From contig CAVXTH010000004.1 in NCBI GenBank assembly GCA_963764625.1, positions 12,895 through 76,894 on the forward strand: a stretch of DNA of 64,000 nucleotides. The letters run 5' to 3'. This document shows positions 19,717 through 30,388 of the stretch, piece after piece (position 1 is the first letter of the stretch; every line of letters begins with the position of its first letter). The translations under genes and the position numbers were made by a program. Under the pieces are notes generated by a model that searched no databases, was not told the DNA's origin, and saw nothing but the letters and a program-made list of their open reading frames with translations. This DNA is from Candidatus Krumholzibacteriota bacterium (GTDB taxonomy: Bacteria; Krumholzibacteriota; Krumholzibacteriia; JAJRXK01).

Positions 19717-19919
19717 ATAGGTTTAAATTGAGATTGAGCATCCATGAAACCTATCAGGTCGAACGCTGTAAGTTCAAGTCAGGCAACGCGGATCCAATAA
19801 ATCGGAGGGTCAGGACCAATACCCCGAGAATTGGCCTTTGAGGACTGCGTAACGCAATCCACATTTAGGATGGGGATGTTACATGAAACCGCAAGCCAGC
19901 TTGTCCATGTGAGGAGAAC

Positions 19920-21209
19920 GTGATGACGAAGCGACCGTTCAGCTCTTTCGAGATGGCCCAGCAGCAGTTCGATTCTGCGGCCGACATGCTCGGGCTCGAT
20001 CAGTCGGCCCGAGATCTATTGCGATATCCGATGAAAGAGTATTCCTTCGCAATCCCAACCCGCATGGACGATGGGGAAACTAGAATCTTCAGGGGCTTTC
20101 GTGTTCAGCACAACGATGCAAGGGGACCCTGCAAGGGGGGGATACGGTTCCATCCTCTTGAGACTTTGGACACAGTCCGGGCCCTGGCAATGTGGATGAC
20201 CTGGAAATGCGCCGTGGTCGATCTCCCCTTGGGAGGCGGAAAGGGAGGCATTGTCTGCGACCCGCACAATCTCAGTGCACGCGAGCAGGAGTCACTCTGC
20301 CGCGGATACGTGCGCCGTCTGGGACTGAACATCGGACCACATGTCGACGTGCCAGCCCCAGACATCATGACCACATCTCAGCACATGCTGTGGATGCTGG
20401 ACGAGTACGAGGCCATTCATGGAGATAGGCAGCCTGGCTTCATCACCGGGAAGCCGGTGGGGGTTGGCGGTTCTCAGGGGCGAACCGAAGCCACCGGATT
20501 CGGCCTGGTTTTCACGCTTCGAGAGGCCTTGAAAGAACTCGGACTCCGTGCCGAGGATACTACCGCCAGCGTTCAGGGCTTCGGTAATGTGAGCCGTCAC
20601 GCCATTCGGCTCTATCATCAAATCGGGGGAAGAACGATTGCTGTTGCCTGTTGGGATCAGCAGGATCAGACCAGCTACACCTACCGAAAGAAAGACGGTG
20701 TGGACCTTGACGAGTTGGTCGGCATTTCCGATCGTTTCGGCGGTTTAGACCGCGCCAAGGCCCAGGATCTCGGGTACGAAGTCCTTTCGGGGGAAGCCTG
20801 GCTCGAGCAGGACGTCGACATCCTGATCCCCGCGGCTCTCGAGAACCAGATTACAGCCGAGAACGCTGGGCAGATCCGCCCTCAAGTCAAGATCTTGGCG
20901 GAGGGAGCTAACGGTCCCACGACCCCGGAGGCCGACGAGATTCTCCAGGAACGGGGCGTGTACCTGATTCCCGATCTCCTTGCCAATGCCGGTGGTGTCA
21001 CCTGTAGCTACTTCGAGCAGGTGCAGAGCAACATGAACTACTACTGGGACCTGGATGAGGTTCTCGGAAAGCTCGACGTAAGGATGACGAGCGCCTTCAT
21101 GGCGGTGAACGGATTAGCGCAAAGGAAGAAGCTTCCCATGCGCACGGCCGCCTATGTCCTTGCACTCGATCGGGTGACCCAGGCTTGCCGCGACCGTGGC
21201 TGGATCTAG
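19920..21209 (+). CDS. gdhA: Glutamate dehydrogenase (Glu/Leu/Phe/Val dehydrogenase family)
   Basis: RVQHNDARGPCKGGIRFHP, GGGKGG, DVPAPD, GFGNV, EGANGPTT, ANAGGVTCSYFE. Confidence 0.95.
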   Translation: MMTKRPFSSFEMAQQQFDSAADMLGLDQSARDLLRYPMKEYSFAIPTRMDDGETRIFRGFRVQHNDARGPCKGGIRFHPLETLDTVRALAMWMTWKCAVVDLPLGGGKGGIVCDPHNLSAREQESLCRGYVRRLGLNIGPHVDVPAPDIMTTSQHMLWMLDEYEAIHGDRQPGFITGKPVGVGGSQGRTEATGFGLVFTLREALKELGLRAEDTTASVQGFGNVSRHAIRLYHQIGGRTIAVACWDQQDQTSYTYRKKDGVDLDELVGISDRFGGLDRAKAQDLGYEVLSGEAWLEQDVDILIPAALENQITAENAGQIRPQVKILAEGANGPTTPEADEILQERGVYLIPDLLANAGGVTCSYFEQVQSNMNYYWDLDEVLGKLDVRMTSAFMAVNGLAQRKKLPMRTAAYVLALDRVTQACRDRGWI

Positions 21210-21235
21210 CAGCGCTGCAGTAGTCGGAGTGAGGA

Positions 21236-22990
21236 ATGTCTAAAGAGTCCCAGCCGCAATCGATTCCAGCGTTCGACCGCACGTGGACGGCTTCCGGCGG
21301 CGTCAGTCGAATTGGCACCGGGGATATCGGCGGCAAGGCGCAGGGTTTGCTCCAACTCCGTGACTTGATTTCATGCATGGATTCTTCCGCATTCGAGCCG
21401 ATCGAGATTATCGTACCGACGTTCACTGTGGTCGCCACCGACGTGTTCGATGCGTTCCTCGACCGAAATGAACTCCACGGCCTTGCTCAGTCCGGGGAAT
21501 CGGATGAACGGATTGCCCATGCCTTTCAGAATGCACCGCTTCCCAGTGAGATACTCGGGGACCTGCGTGCACTGACGGAACGGGTCAAGTGGCCCCTGGC
21601 AATTCGGTCTTCCAGCCGACTGGAGGACGCGCTTCTTCGTCCCTTCGCCGGCGTCTATGAGACCAAGATGACACCCAACAACCAGCCGGATGCGAACACA
21701 AGATTCCAGAAGCTGGTAGAGGCGATCAAGTTTGTCTACGCCAGCACGTTCTTCCTCGCGGCCCGGGAGTACCTCAAGACCATACCTGACCAAACGGGTG
21801 ACGAGAAGATGGCCGTGATCATCCAAGATGTCGTGGGGGCCCGTCATCAGGAGCGTTTCTACCCCAACCTGTCCGGAGTGGCCCGCACGTTCAACTTTTA
21901 TCCCCTCGGGGACGTCGCGCGCGAGAACGGGATAGTCGACCTCGCTCTGGGGCTTGGCAAGATCATCGTGGACGAGGGGATCAGCTATCCGTACGTACCT
22001 TCTCATCCCAAACGCCCTCCACCGTTCTCATCCGTGCGTGATTTTCTGCAGAACTCCCAGACGGAGTTCTGGGCCGTCAACATGGGGAGGCCGCCGGCCT
22101 TCGACCCAACACGAGAGACGGAGTACCTCGTGCGGGCGACTCTCTCAGACGCCGAGTACGACGGCTCCCTAGCGCACGTGGCTTCAACCTACGATCCCGA
22201 GTCGGAGCGTCTTTCGCCTGGAGTCGGTCGCTTAGGCCCTCGGGTTCTGAGTTTCGCACCACTGCTCCTCCTCGACGAGTTCCCCTTCAACGCGGCCGTC
22301 TCGACTGTGATGAAAGAGTCCAGACGCAAGTTAGGAAGTGATGTAGAGATCGAATTTGCCATGACTTTTCCCGGTTCCCGACAGAGTGGGAATCCCTGTC
22401 TTGGCTTTGTCCAGGTTCGGCCTATGGTGACTTCCGACGAGATCGTCGATATCGATCCAGCCGAGCGTGAAGCTCCGAACCTCCTATTGTCCTCTGAGCG
22501 TGTGATGGGGAACGGGACTGTGGCAGACATCCGGGATGTCATCTATACCAAACCCAAGGGTTTCGACCTGTCCAATACACAGGCAATCGCCGATCAACTC
22601 ACGCAGTTCAACTCCAAACTTCTTGCGGCTGGGCGACCATACCTTCTCATCGGATTCGGGAGATGGGGTAGCTCGGATCCGTGGCTAGGAATCCCAGTCA
22701 AGTGGGGCCAGGTGAGCGGTGCCCGAGCTATCGTAGAGGCCACACTTGCGGAGCGTGTGATCGAGGCCAGTCAGGGGACGCACTTTTTCCACAATATCAC
22801 GAGCTTCGGGGTTAGCTATTTTCATGTGAGCGGCAGCGCGACCCCGGGAATCCAGTGGGATTGGCTTGACTCCAGAGTCGCTGATCTGGAGACCGAGCAC
22901 TTGCGACACATCTGCCTTGATAGGCCCCTCACCGTGAAGGTGGACGGACGGTCCGGCCTGGGCGGCATCTGGTTTCCGGAATCGGCCTGA
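21236..22990 (+). CDS. PEP/pyruvate-binding (PPDK N-terminal ATP-grasp-like) domain protein
   Basis: IGGKAQGL, AIRSSSRLED..PFAGVY, EKMAVIIQ, GFGRWGS, SQGTHFF. Confidence 0.9.
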   Translation: MSKESQPQSIPAFDRTWTASGGVSRIGTGDIGGKAQGLLQLRDLISCMDSSAFEPIEIIVPTFTVVATDVFDAFLDRNELHGLAQSGESDERIAHAFQNAPLPSEILGDLRALTERVKWPLAIRSSSRLEDALLRPFAGVYETKMTPNNQPDANTRFQKLVEAIKFVYASTFFLAAREYLKTIPDQTGDEKMAVIIQDVVGARHQERFYPNLSGVARTFNFYPLGDVARENGIVDLALGLGKIIVDEGISYPYVPSHPKRPPPFSSVRDFLQNSQTEFWAVNMGRPPAFDPTRETEYLVRATLSDAEYDGSLAHVASTYDPESERLSPGVGRLGPRVLSFAPLLLLDEFPFNAAVSTVMKESRRKLGSDVEIEFAMTFPGSRQSGNPCLGFVQVRPMVTSDEIVDIDPAEREAPNLLLSSERVMGNGTVADIRDVIYTKPKGFDLSNTQAIADQLTQFNSKLLAAGRPYLLIGFGRWGSSDPWLGIPVKWGQVSGARAIVEATLAERVIEASQGTHFFHNITSFGVSYFHVSGSATPGIQWDWLDSRVADLETEHLRHICLDRPLTVKVDGRSGLGGIWFPESA

Positions 22991-23043
22991 AGCCGGGACA
23001 AGAACTTCACGCCGGAAGCCCGAGCGTCAGGAGGAGATAGACG

Positions 23044-26000
23044 ATGCCAGCCCCCGAACGTCCAGCTGTGAAACTTCTCAAGGCTCTCCAGGAACGGGCG
23101 AAGGAACTGAACTGTCTTTACGGCGTTGACGAGGTGCTCAGCCGATCGGAAGCGCAAGAAGACGACGTTTACAAGGATCTCCTGGAAATCATCCCACCTG
23201 GCTGGCAGTACCCCGACGTGTGCCAGGCCCGAATCACGATCGGACGGCACGCCTACGCGTCCGCTGCCTACAAAGAAACAAAGTGGACTCTGAACTCAGA
23301 CATTACAGTTCGCGGCGAGAAGGTGGGGGATGTGGCCGTCTCCTACGTGGAGGAGCTCCCACACATAGACCGTGACAGTCCCTTTCTCGCTGAGGAGCGC
23401 CGACTCATTCTGGCCATCGCCGAGCGCATAAGTCTCTTCGTCCTTCAACGCCGCCTGAGGCGCGATCACGAGACTTGGGAGCGAGCAGTTCACGGAATCG
23501 AAGATCGCGGAGAGAGACCCTGGCTGGTCCTGCTCGACTTCCTCCAGCGCACCGACAAAAATCTTTTCGCCCGAATCGCACGAAAGATGGTCAATCATCT
23601 TTGTTGGAACGACGTTGCGAAGGCGCATGATCTCTTGGAGGCGAGTTTTGCGTTCATCGAAAAAGAGGGCGAATCGGACGACAACCGACCACTCGAGAAA
23701 CGTCAATTCGCCGACATGGCTACGTGGGCAAAGACCGTCTTCGAGACAGCGGCGGAGCATCTCAGTGATGCGGAGATCATTTCCAACGTTCAGGCTTGGA
23801 TCAACGAGGAGAATTCCACTTACCTGATCAAGTCGCTGGAAAACCCCGGCACGGGCTTGTCGGAATTGTCTGATGCCGTCATTCGGTTCAAGAACTCATC
23901 CATCAACGAGTCCGAGCTGTCTTTCGCCGTCAGGATGAGCCTACGAGTAGCGCTTTTGCGGCGCTTCTTCGTGGACCAACTGGACTTTATCTCTGTGGCC
24001 AAGAAACACGTCCGCGTGGAGGACTTCTACGACCTCGTCCAACGCTTGATCTATCCTGAGCGGAGCCAGGGAAAGATCGGCGGCAAGGGAGCAGGTCTGT
24101 TTCTGGCCACTCAAGTTGTTCGAAAGGCAACTGAGTACGCGGATTCCCTCCGGAACATCAAGTTTCCAAGGACCTGGTACGTCGCATCTGACGGAATCCT
24201 GGATTTCATTCAGCACAACACACTCAATGAGGTGTACAACCAAAAGTACATGGACATCGAACGAGTGCGACAGGACTACCCGCAAATCATCCAGGTGTTC
24301 AAGAACTCGCACTTTCCCACGGAAATCGAGAAAGGCCTCGCAGTAGCACTCGATGACCTCGGGGATTGTCCGATCATCGTCCGCAGTTCGAGCATCTTGG
24401 AAGATCGTCAGGGTTCCTCCTTCTCGGGAAAGTACAAGAGCCTCTTTCTCGCCAACCAGGGGTCAAAAGAGGAGCGTCTGGATGCACTGAAGGACGCCAT
24501 TGCCGAAGTATACGCCTCGGTGTTTTCCCCAGATCCGATAGAGTACCGAGCCGAACGCGGACTTCTCGACTTCCGCGAAGAGATGGGAATCCTCATCCAA
24601 CAGGTTGTGGGATCCCGTATAGGCAAGTACTTCCTGCCCGCTTTTTCGGGAGTCGCCTTTAGCAACAACGAATTCCGATGGTCTCCTCGGATCAAGCGCA
24701 GGGATGGGCTACTCCGTATGGTTCCCGGACTGGGTACTCGCGCAGTAGACCGTGTGAGCAATGACTATCCCATCCTCGTGAGCCCCGGAAACCCGGGGCT
24801 TCGAGTCAACGTCTCTCCCGACGAGACGATTCGGTACTCTCCCCGATGCGTGGACGTCATTGACTTGGAGACGGGCGTTTTCGGTACCGTCGATGCTGTT
24901 GCCCTCTTGCGCGAGACTGGGGACGAGTATCCCATGGCCCGTGAGCTCGTCTCAATCGTCGAGGGGGATCGATTGCGGCGACCGCTAGGCTTGGGCCCGG
25001 ATTGGGAGAAAGGCGATTTCGTTATCACTTTCGACGGCCTGATCAGCTCAACTCCATTTGTTGGGCAGATGAACGTCTTGTTGAAGCTCCTCCGAGAGAA
25101 GCTTGAAACACCCGTAGACTTGGAGTTCGCCTGCGATGGACAGGATATCTACATCGTCCAGTGCCGGTCGCAAAGCTCTCGCGCCGAACACGCGCCGGCG
25201 GAAATCCCGCGCGACCTGCCTAGTGATAAGGTACTCTTCTCTGTCAACCGATACGTGTCCAATGGGTATGTGCCGGGAATCTCCCATATCGTATACGTTG
25301 ATCCCGACCAATACTCCCGTCTTTCCGAACTTCGTGAGTTGGCTGATGTTGGCCGGGCGGTCGGCAAGCTGAACAAGCTGCTCCCCAGCCGCCGGTTCAT
25401 CCTCATTGGCCCGGGTAGGTGGGGAAGCCGGGGTGATATCAAGCTCGGGGTGAGTGTGACTTACTCCGATATCAACAATACGGCGGTGCTGATGGAGATA
25501 GCCCGGAAAGCCGGGAACTACCTGCCTGATCTGTCCTTCGGAACTCATTTCTTTCAGGATCTCGTAGAATCTGACATTCGTTACCTGCCGCTCTACGCAG
25601 ACGAACCGGAGACTGTCTTCAAGGAAGACATGCTCCGCCGGGCTACCAACCTTCTCCCGGAGATTCTGCCTGAGTTCACGCACATCGCCGACGTGCTGCG
25701 AGTGATCGACGTGGCGAAGGAAAGGGATGGAGAGATTCTCAGGATTCTCATGAACGCAGAGTTGCGCCAGGCGGTCGGTGTGTTCGCGAAATCAGAGGCC
25801 GTTCCGGAGCCGAGTTCGCGAACGGAAAGTGCGCCGGAGGCTCCTCCCGAGAGTCACTGGCGGTGGCGAATGCGGATGGCCGAGAAGATTGCAAGCCACC
25901 TCGATCCGACGCGTTTTGGCGTCAAGGCAGTCTACGTGCTCGGGAGCACGAAGAACGCCACCGCCCGGTCTGGCAGCGATCTCGACCTCATCATTCACTT

Positions 26001-26235
26001 TGCGGGCAGCGAGGCTCAGCGCGCAGAACTCCAACTCTGGCTGGAAGGATGGAGCCTTTCCTTGGCAGAGAGCAACTACCTTCGGACTGGCTACAGATCT
26101 CAAGGCTTGCTCGACGTCCACTTCATCAGCGATCAGGACATCGCCAACAAGACGAGCTATGCTGCCAAGATCAATGCCGTGACGGATGCCGCTAGGCAAC
26201 TCCCCATGGCGACTGCACGGAGGAAGGGATCTTAG
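23044..26235 (+). CDS. PEP/pyruvate-binding domain protein with N-terminal sensor-like region and C-terminal nucleotidyltransferase domain
   Basis: ERAKELNCLY...IPPGWQYP N-terminus; IGGKGAGL, VRSSSILED..FSGKY, GPGRWGS, SFGTHFF; C-terminal YVLGSTKNA.A..GSDLDLII. Confidence 0.9.
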   Translation: MPAPERPAVKLLKALQERAKELNCLYGVDEVLSRSEAQEDDVYKDLLEIIPPGWQYPDVCQARITIGRHAYASAAYKETKWTLNSDITVRGEKVGDVAVSYVEELPHIDRDSPFLAEERRLILAIAERISLFVLQRRLRRDHETWERAVHGIEDRGERPWLVLLDFLQRTDKNLFARIARKMVNHLCWNDVAKAHDLLEASFAFIEKEGESDDNRPLEKRQFADMATWAKTVFETAAEHLSDAEIISNVQAWINEENSTYLIKSLENPGTGLSELSDAVIRFKNSSINESELSFAVRMSLRVALLRRFFVDQLDFISVAKKHVRVEDFYDLVQRLIYPERSQGKIGGKGAGLFLATQVVRKATEYADSLRNIKFPRTWYVASDGILDFIQHNTLNEVYNQKYMDIERVRQDYPQIIQVFKNSHFPTEIEKGLAVALDDLGDCPIIVRSSSILEDRQGSSFSGKYKSLFLANQGSKEERLDALKDAIAEVYASVFSPDPIEYRAERGLLDFREEMGILIQQVVGSRIGKYFLPAFSGVAFSNNEFRWSPRIKRRDGLLRMVPGLGTRAVDRVSNDYPILVSPGNPGLRVNVSPDETIRYSPRCVDVIDLETGVFGTVDAVALLRETGDEYPMARELVSIVEGDRLRRPLGLGPDWEKGDFVITFDGLISSTPFVGQMNVLLKLLREKLETPVDLEFACDGQDIYIVQCRSQSSRAEHAPAEIPRDLPSDKVLFSVNRYVSNGYVPGISHIVYVDPDQYSRLSELRELADVGRAVGKLNKLLPSRRFILIGPGRWGSRGDIKLGVSVTYSDINNTAVLMEIARKAGNYLPDLSFGTHFFQDLVESDIRYLPLYADEPETVFKEDMLRRATNLLPEILPEFTHIADVLRVIDVAKERDGEILRILMNAELRQAVGVFAKSEAVPEPSSRTESAPEAPPESHWRWRMRMAEKIASHLDPTRFGVKAVYVLGSTKNATARSGSDLDLIIHFAGSEAQRAELQLWLEGWSLSLAESNYLRTGYRSQGLLDVHFISDQDIANKTSYAAKINAVTDAARQLPMATARRKGS

Positions 26236-27074
26236 ATAAGTCGCCGGTCAGCTCGTGCGGGATCCTCGAGATCAAAGCGCACCAATGCGAGCTCAGGGCC
26301 GTCGTGGGCGGCGCCAAACAAGTAAGTTCGACCTAGTCGTTGCCGCCACGATCCGGTTAGCCGTGCGGATTCGTGAACGTGCCCGTGCAAGCTGACATGT
26401 GGTTGCTTCAGCTCGATGAATCGGCGCACTGCGATGCTTCCGACGTGCACGTCCATCGGCACGTGGTCGATCATTCTACCGTCCAGGGCCGCTCGGTCGA
26501 GATTCGTGTCATGGGGTGGACCGTGGAATAGGAACACAGCGCGGTCTGTTGGGGAGTCCCCTACCAATTTTTCCAAGTCGGCCGCAATGGTTCCGTACCG
26601 GATATCATGGTCCCTCACTGCGACTGAGCGGTTCCCTTCCTCCGGGGACACGCAACCAGGTGGTACGTAGCGCCCAACGTCATACTTCTCCCAATCCTTG
26701 AACAGAAACGGTGTTGGGGGAACGTAGGAGTAGCCGTAGACCGCGTACTCGTCGAGAACGTGGCAGCGGCCGTGAACGTAGTGCCAAAGGCCGCCGAACT
26801 CCTGTCCGAGGAGAGCGTCTTCCTCCACCCTTCCGTCGTCATTTCCAAGAATCAATAGTACATGGGGGTAATCCTCAGCCAGGCTCTTACGAAGGCCACG
26901 AAAACCAGAGGCAAGGAAATCCCGAAGGAACTCTTCATCAGGATCCAAAAGCCAGGGAGATGGAAAAAGGTCGCCCCCGAGAAACACTACCGCGGGGCGC
27001 TCCTGACGGATGGCGTGAAAGAGCTTCTGGTACCGGTCCTTGCGACCGTGCAGATCAGAAGCGAATAGGCACAT
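26232..27074 (-). CDS. Metallophosphoesterase (calcineurin-like)
   Basis: SDLHG, GGDL, GNDD, H.PP, LHGHVHES. Confidence 0.92.
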   Translation of the reverse strand: MCLFASDLHGRKDRYQKLFHAIRQERPAVVFLGGDLFPSPWLLDPDEEFLRDFLASGFRGLRKSLAEDYPHVLLILGNDDGRVEEDALLGQEFGGLWHYVHGRCHVLDEYAVYGYSYVPPTPFLFKDWEKYDVGRYVPPGCVSPEEGNRSVAVRDHDIRYGTIAADLEKLVGDSPTDRAVFLFHGPPHDTNLDRAALDGRMIDHVPMDVHVGSIAVRRFIELKQPHVSLHGHVHESARLTGSWRQRLGRTYLFGAAHDGPELALVRFDLEDPARADRRLI

Positions 27075-27273
27075 TCTCAAGTGCACAACTCCTGGTCTAC
27101 GCTGCGAAATCCGACGCGCCATCCATCCAAGCTATTGGCGCTCCTTCTCAACGCACTGAACAGAGGACACTTCAGATAAGGTATCCCTAAGCCCTCGAAG
27201 GGAGTGTACCATGTCTGATTCTACGAGTCCCGGGGATAAAGCAACCCCTGTGCCTACCCCCCCGCGCTCATCA

Positions 27274-27777
27274 TTAGCTACCGAACTGGGCGTAGACATC
27301 CTCATAGAGTTTCTGTGACTTCTGCAGAGCGGCGTCGAGCGCGGGCTTGACGTTCTGCTGCCAGTCCTCGTCGCTGGCGTCCCTCGCCTCCACAAGTTTC
27401 GCTTTGGCCGTGGCGAGAGCCTCAGCCATCTGCTTGTCGGCGTCCTGTAGTTCGACCTTGGCTTTGTCGGTAGTCGGCGTGGCCTTAACTAGCAAAGCCT
27501 GCCAATCCTGTTCGATCTCAGCGAGCTTCTCCTGGGCGGCCTCGACGGCCTCGTCCTTCGGCTGATTCAGGAACTCGCCCGTAGCCTGTACGGCGTCGCC
27601 GAGGGCGTCGCCGGTGGTCGTTGCTGCGTCGCTGATGACATCAGCGGTTTTGTTTGCTGCATCGCCAACCGCGTCGCCGGCGGCCCTGGCCTTCTCGGCT
27701 GGCGTTTTGTTCCCGCACGCTGTCATTCCGAGCGCCAGCACGATCAGGACCATGAAAGTCCCCAGTTTTTTCCTCAT
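27274..27777 (-). CDS. Alanine-rich helical lipoprotein
   Basis: MRKKLG...MTAC lipobox; amphipathic repeats. Confidence 0.75.
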   Translation of the reverse strand: MRKKLGTFMVLIVLALGMTACGNKTPAEKARAAGDAVGDAANKTADVISDAATTTGDALGDAVQATGEFLNQPKDEAVEAAQEKLAEIEQDWQALLVKATPTTDKAKVELQDADKQMAEALATAKAKLVEARDASDEDWQQNVKPALDAALQKSQKLYEDVYAQFGS

Positions 27778-28101
27778 GAGCTTCCTCCCTTTTACGGCAA
27801 AATATCGCATGCTACTTGTCTCTTTGAAACCAGTGGTCCAACAGGACCTCAACCAGCGGGCGAATTTTCAGGCAGTAGCGAAACGTCACCGCGCCAAGAA
27901 CTCTTTGTCAGTGGAAACAGAATTTTATCTGTCGTTTGACGGTTCCTGGTCATCGACGGCCGCATTCATGATGTCTTCGCCACACAACCCAATAGCCACT
28001 ATCGTGCCCGAGCTAAGCGCTTACGAGCGCGTAGCTTAGATGGCGCAGCAGTTTGAATTGCCCATCATAATGAGGCGGAGTTGATCAAAACGAAGGAGGA
28101 A

Positions 28102-28136
28102 GCCCAGCAACGTGGATCTAATGAATGGTTGGGACA
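28102..28136 (-). mobile_element. MITE-like element end, copy D
   Basis: GCCCAGCAACGTGGATCTAATGAATGGTTGGGACAG is 34/36 identical to 13145-13180. Confidence 0.7.
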
Positions 28137-28187
28137 GGATGATAATGGTGCCTGTCAAAGTCGTGATAGGAAGTTGCGCGTTCCGCG

Positions 28188-29105
28188 CTAGTCGGCAAAG
28201 GCTGCGAGTTTGCCTTCTTCGTACACGCTGTCCTCGCCAGGATAGCGCAGGCCTTTGATCCCTTGTTGCCTAGCGAGACTCCAAAGGATGCTTTCGCCGG
28301 CGGGCAGCCCGGTGGGTTGCATCCGATACAGCGGATCGGTATAGGCCTGCTCTGGGCTTACGATGGGCCAGCCTTTGCTGCGGAACATGGCGATGATGTC
28401 GGGCAAGAAGACGGCGTTGATGGCATTGGTGTGCAACAAGATCACGTACTGAGCATGGCGTTTGAGTACTTTTTGCGCGAGCCCATCGTAGTACTGCGCG
28501 CGATCCCATAAGTGTGCAAGATAGAGCGCGCGAAATTCCGCGATGTCCGCGTTCGAATGTCGCTGGTGCCATCGTGTAAAGCGACTGCTGTAGTACCAAT
28601 CGCTGGTGTCGATGCTGACCTCGCCGGAGCGGTAGTGATGACGCTGTAGCCAGGCGCGAAAGCCGTCACGCTTTTCTGCCGTGTCGCCTTCTTTCAGGTA
28701 AGGAAAGCGAAAGCGTGGGACCCAGCCCGGCAGCGTCCTCAGCAGGGCGTCGTTGCGTGCGACGTCTGCAATGAAATCCGACAGCTGCGTTGCGTGGGCA
28801 CCGAGATTGGCATGGCTGTAGGAATGATTGCCTATTTCGTGGCCGGCGCTTCCCCAGGCCCGGACCAAATCCAGGCCCTCAGGAGAGTCGACGTTACGTC
28901 CCGCGGCAAAGAGGATGCTCTGGACTTTGGCCGACGCTAGCGCTGCCAGTATTTGCTCGTTCCATTCGGCCGCGTGCGCGTTGCTGCGCGGATCCAGACC
29001 ATCATCAAACGACAGCGCAATCGCTGGGCCGGTGTCTGCGGCCTCCGCCGGTAGCGCGAGCGCAGCAGCAGTGGCCAAAAGCAAGCCAAGCAAGCATCCT
29101 CTCAT
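28188..29105 (-). CDS. Polysaccharide deacetylase (NodB/CE4) family, exported
   Basis: LSFDDG, GNHSYSH, FRFPYL, VILLH; signal peptide. Confidence 0.92.
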   Translation of the reverse strand: MRGCLLGLLLATAAALALPAEAADTGPAIALSFDDGLDPRSNAHAAEWNEQILAALASAKVQSILFAAGRNVDSPEGLDLVRAWGSAGHEIGNHSYSHANLGAHATQLSDFIADVARNDALLRTLPGWVPRFRFPYLKEGDTAEKRDGFRAWLQRHHYRSGEVSIDTSDWYYSSRFTRWHQRHSNADIAEFRALYLAHLWDRAQYYDGLAQKVLKRHAQYVILLHTNAINAVFLPDIIAMFRSKGWPIVSPEQAYTDPLYRMQPTGLPAGESILWSLARQQGIKGLRYPGEDSVYEEGKLAAFAD

Positions 29106-29362
29106 CGTGCAATCTCCTGTCCGATCAAGCACTAACTCCTACATATAGATCGGCAGAACGTGTTCGCTGAGTCGGCATTTCCCTTTCTGTTCCGGTGAGT
29201 TTAGCGCTTCCTCATCCTCATTGTGAAGCCAGAAACCGTCGTCCATGGAGAGCTGGCGGCGTGACCAGGGGCGCATGTGATGGTACTCTTGTGACCGGGG
29301 CGGCGTCGGCGCATTTCCTGCGGCAGCGCCAAACCTATACCCTTCCTCTGGAGCTACCCGAC

Positions 29363-30328
29363 GTGCGCCGAATTCCACTGATGCTGCTCTGCCTGGCCTT
29401 CCTGTCACTCTCGATCATTTTGCCTGCGAACGCCAAACCCCTCCCCTCCTGGCGACCGGGCGCGGCACGAACGGCAATCCTGACCTTCGTGGCCGCGGTG
29501 ACCGACACAACGAGCTCGGACTTCGTTCCACGCGCTGATCGCATTGCCGTACTCGACAACGACGGGACGTGCTGGTGTGAGCAGCCGCAGTCGGTCAGCG
29601 AGGCTTTTCAGCTCTCGCTGCTGCGAGATTTGGTGGCGAGCGGGCGGGTCGATGGCGACCAAATGCCGCTGCGAGCCTGGCTTGCCCACGACGAGGGTGC
29701 CTTGCGAACATTCGGGTGGAGTGCGGCTTACGAGGGGCTGAACGCTGCATTTGAGGGCATGGACGTGGAGGCCTACCGCGATTCGTCGCTGGCCTTTCTC
29801 GGCCGGGCGCGCGACCCGCGCTTCGACCGGCCATATACCAGACTCTTCTATGCTCCCATGCTCGAGCTGAAGGCGTATCTGGAGGCCAATGGCTTCGAGG
29901 TTTGGATCGTCACGGGAGGGGAACAGGCCTTCGTGCGTGTCCTGTACGAAAGGGTGGTCGGCCTTGCCCCCGCGCGGGTGATCGGCACCTGGACGACCCC
30001 AGTCTACAGCGTGGTGGAGGGAAAGCCTCAGCTGGTACGCGGGAATGTCCGCGTGTACAACGGCCATGAGCACAAACCGGAAGATATCTCCGTGCGGATT
30101 GGCCGCCGGCCGATCTTCGCCGCGGGCAATAGCGACAACGACGAACCCATGTGCCTGTACGCCGTGACCGGCACGCATCACGGCCTTGCGATCTGGATCC
30201 AGCACGACGACCCCGACCGTGAATACGCGCTTCGCGGACACACCGACAAGATCGACGCACTGTGCCGGCGGAGTCCGACCGCCGTCCCGGTGAGCATGAA
30301 GCATGACTGGACCTGCGTGTTCCCCTAA
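29363..30328 (+). CDS. HAD-family hydrolase (nonspecific acid phosphatase-like), exported
   Basis: LPSW..G; AVLDNDGT; WIVTGG; AAGNSDND; signal peptide. Confidence 0.88.
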   Translation: MRRIPLMLLCLAFLSLSIILPANAKPLPSWRPGAARTAILTFVAAVTDTTSSDFVPRADRIAVLDNDGTCWCEQPQSVSEAFQLSLLRDLVASGRVDGDQMPLRAWLAHDEGALRTFGWSAAYEGLNAAFEGMDVEAYRDSSLAFLGRARDPRFDRPYTRLFYAPMLELKAYLEANGFEVWIVTGGEQAFVRVLYERVVGLAPARVIGTWTTPVYSVVEGKPQLVRGNVRVYNGHEHKPEDISVRIGRRPIFAAGNSDNDEPMCLYAVTGTHHGLAIWIQHDDPDREYALRGHTDKIDALCRRSPTAVPVSMKHDWTCVFP

Positions 30329-30388
30329 GCTGAAGGCTGTTCCTGTCGCTGAGTAGATTCGTGCTCGATCTTCCGCGGGAGCCCAGAT

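Noticed and set aside
29262-29295. Minus-strand QEYHHMRPWS resembling an integrase Y N..RPH motif
   Set aside because: Too short, with no supporting flanking similarity.
30338-30362. Possible tenth mini-element end (CTGTTCCTGTCGCTGAGTAGATTC)
   Set aside because: Only about 16/24 identity to the copy C end and no peptide scrap; too weak to count.
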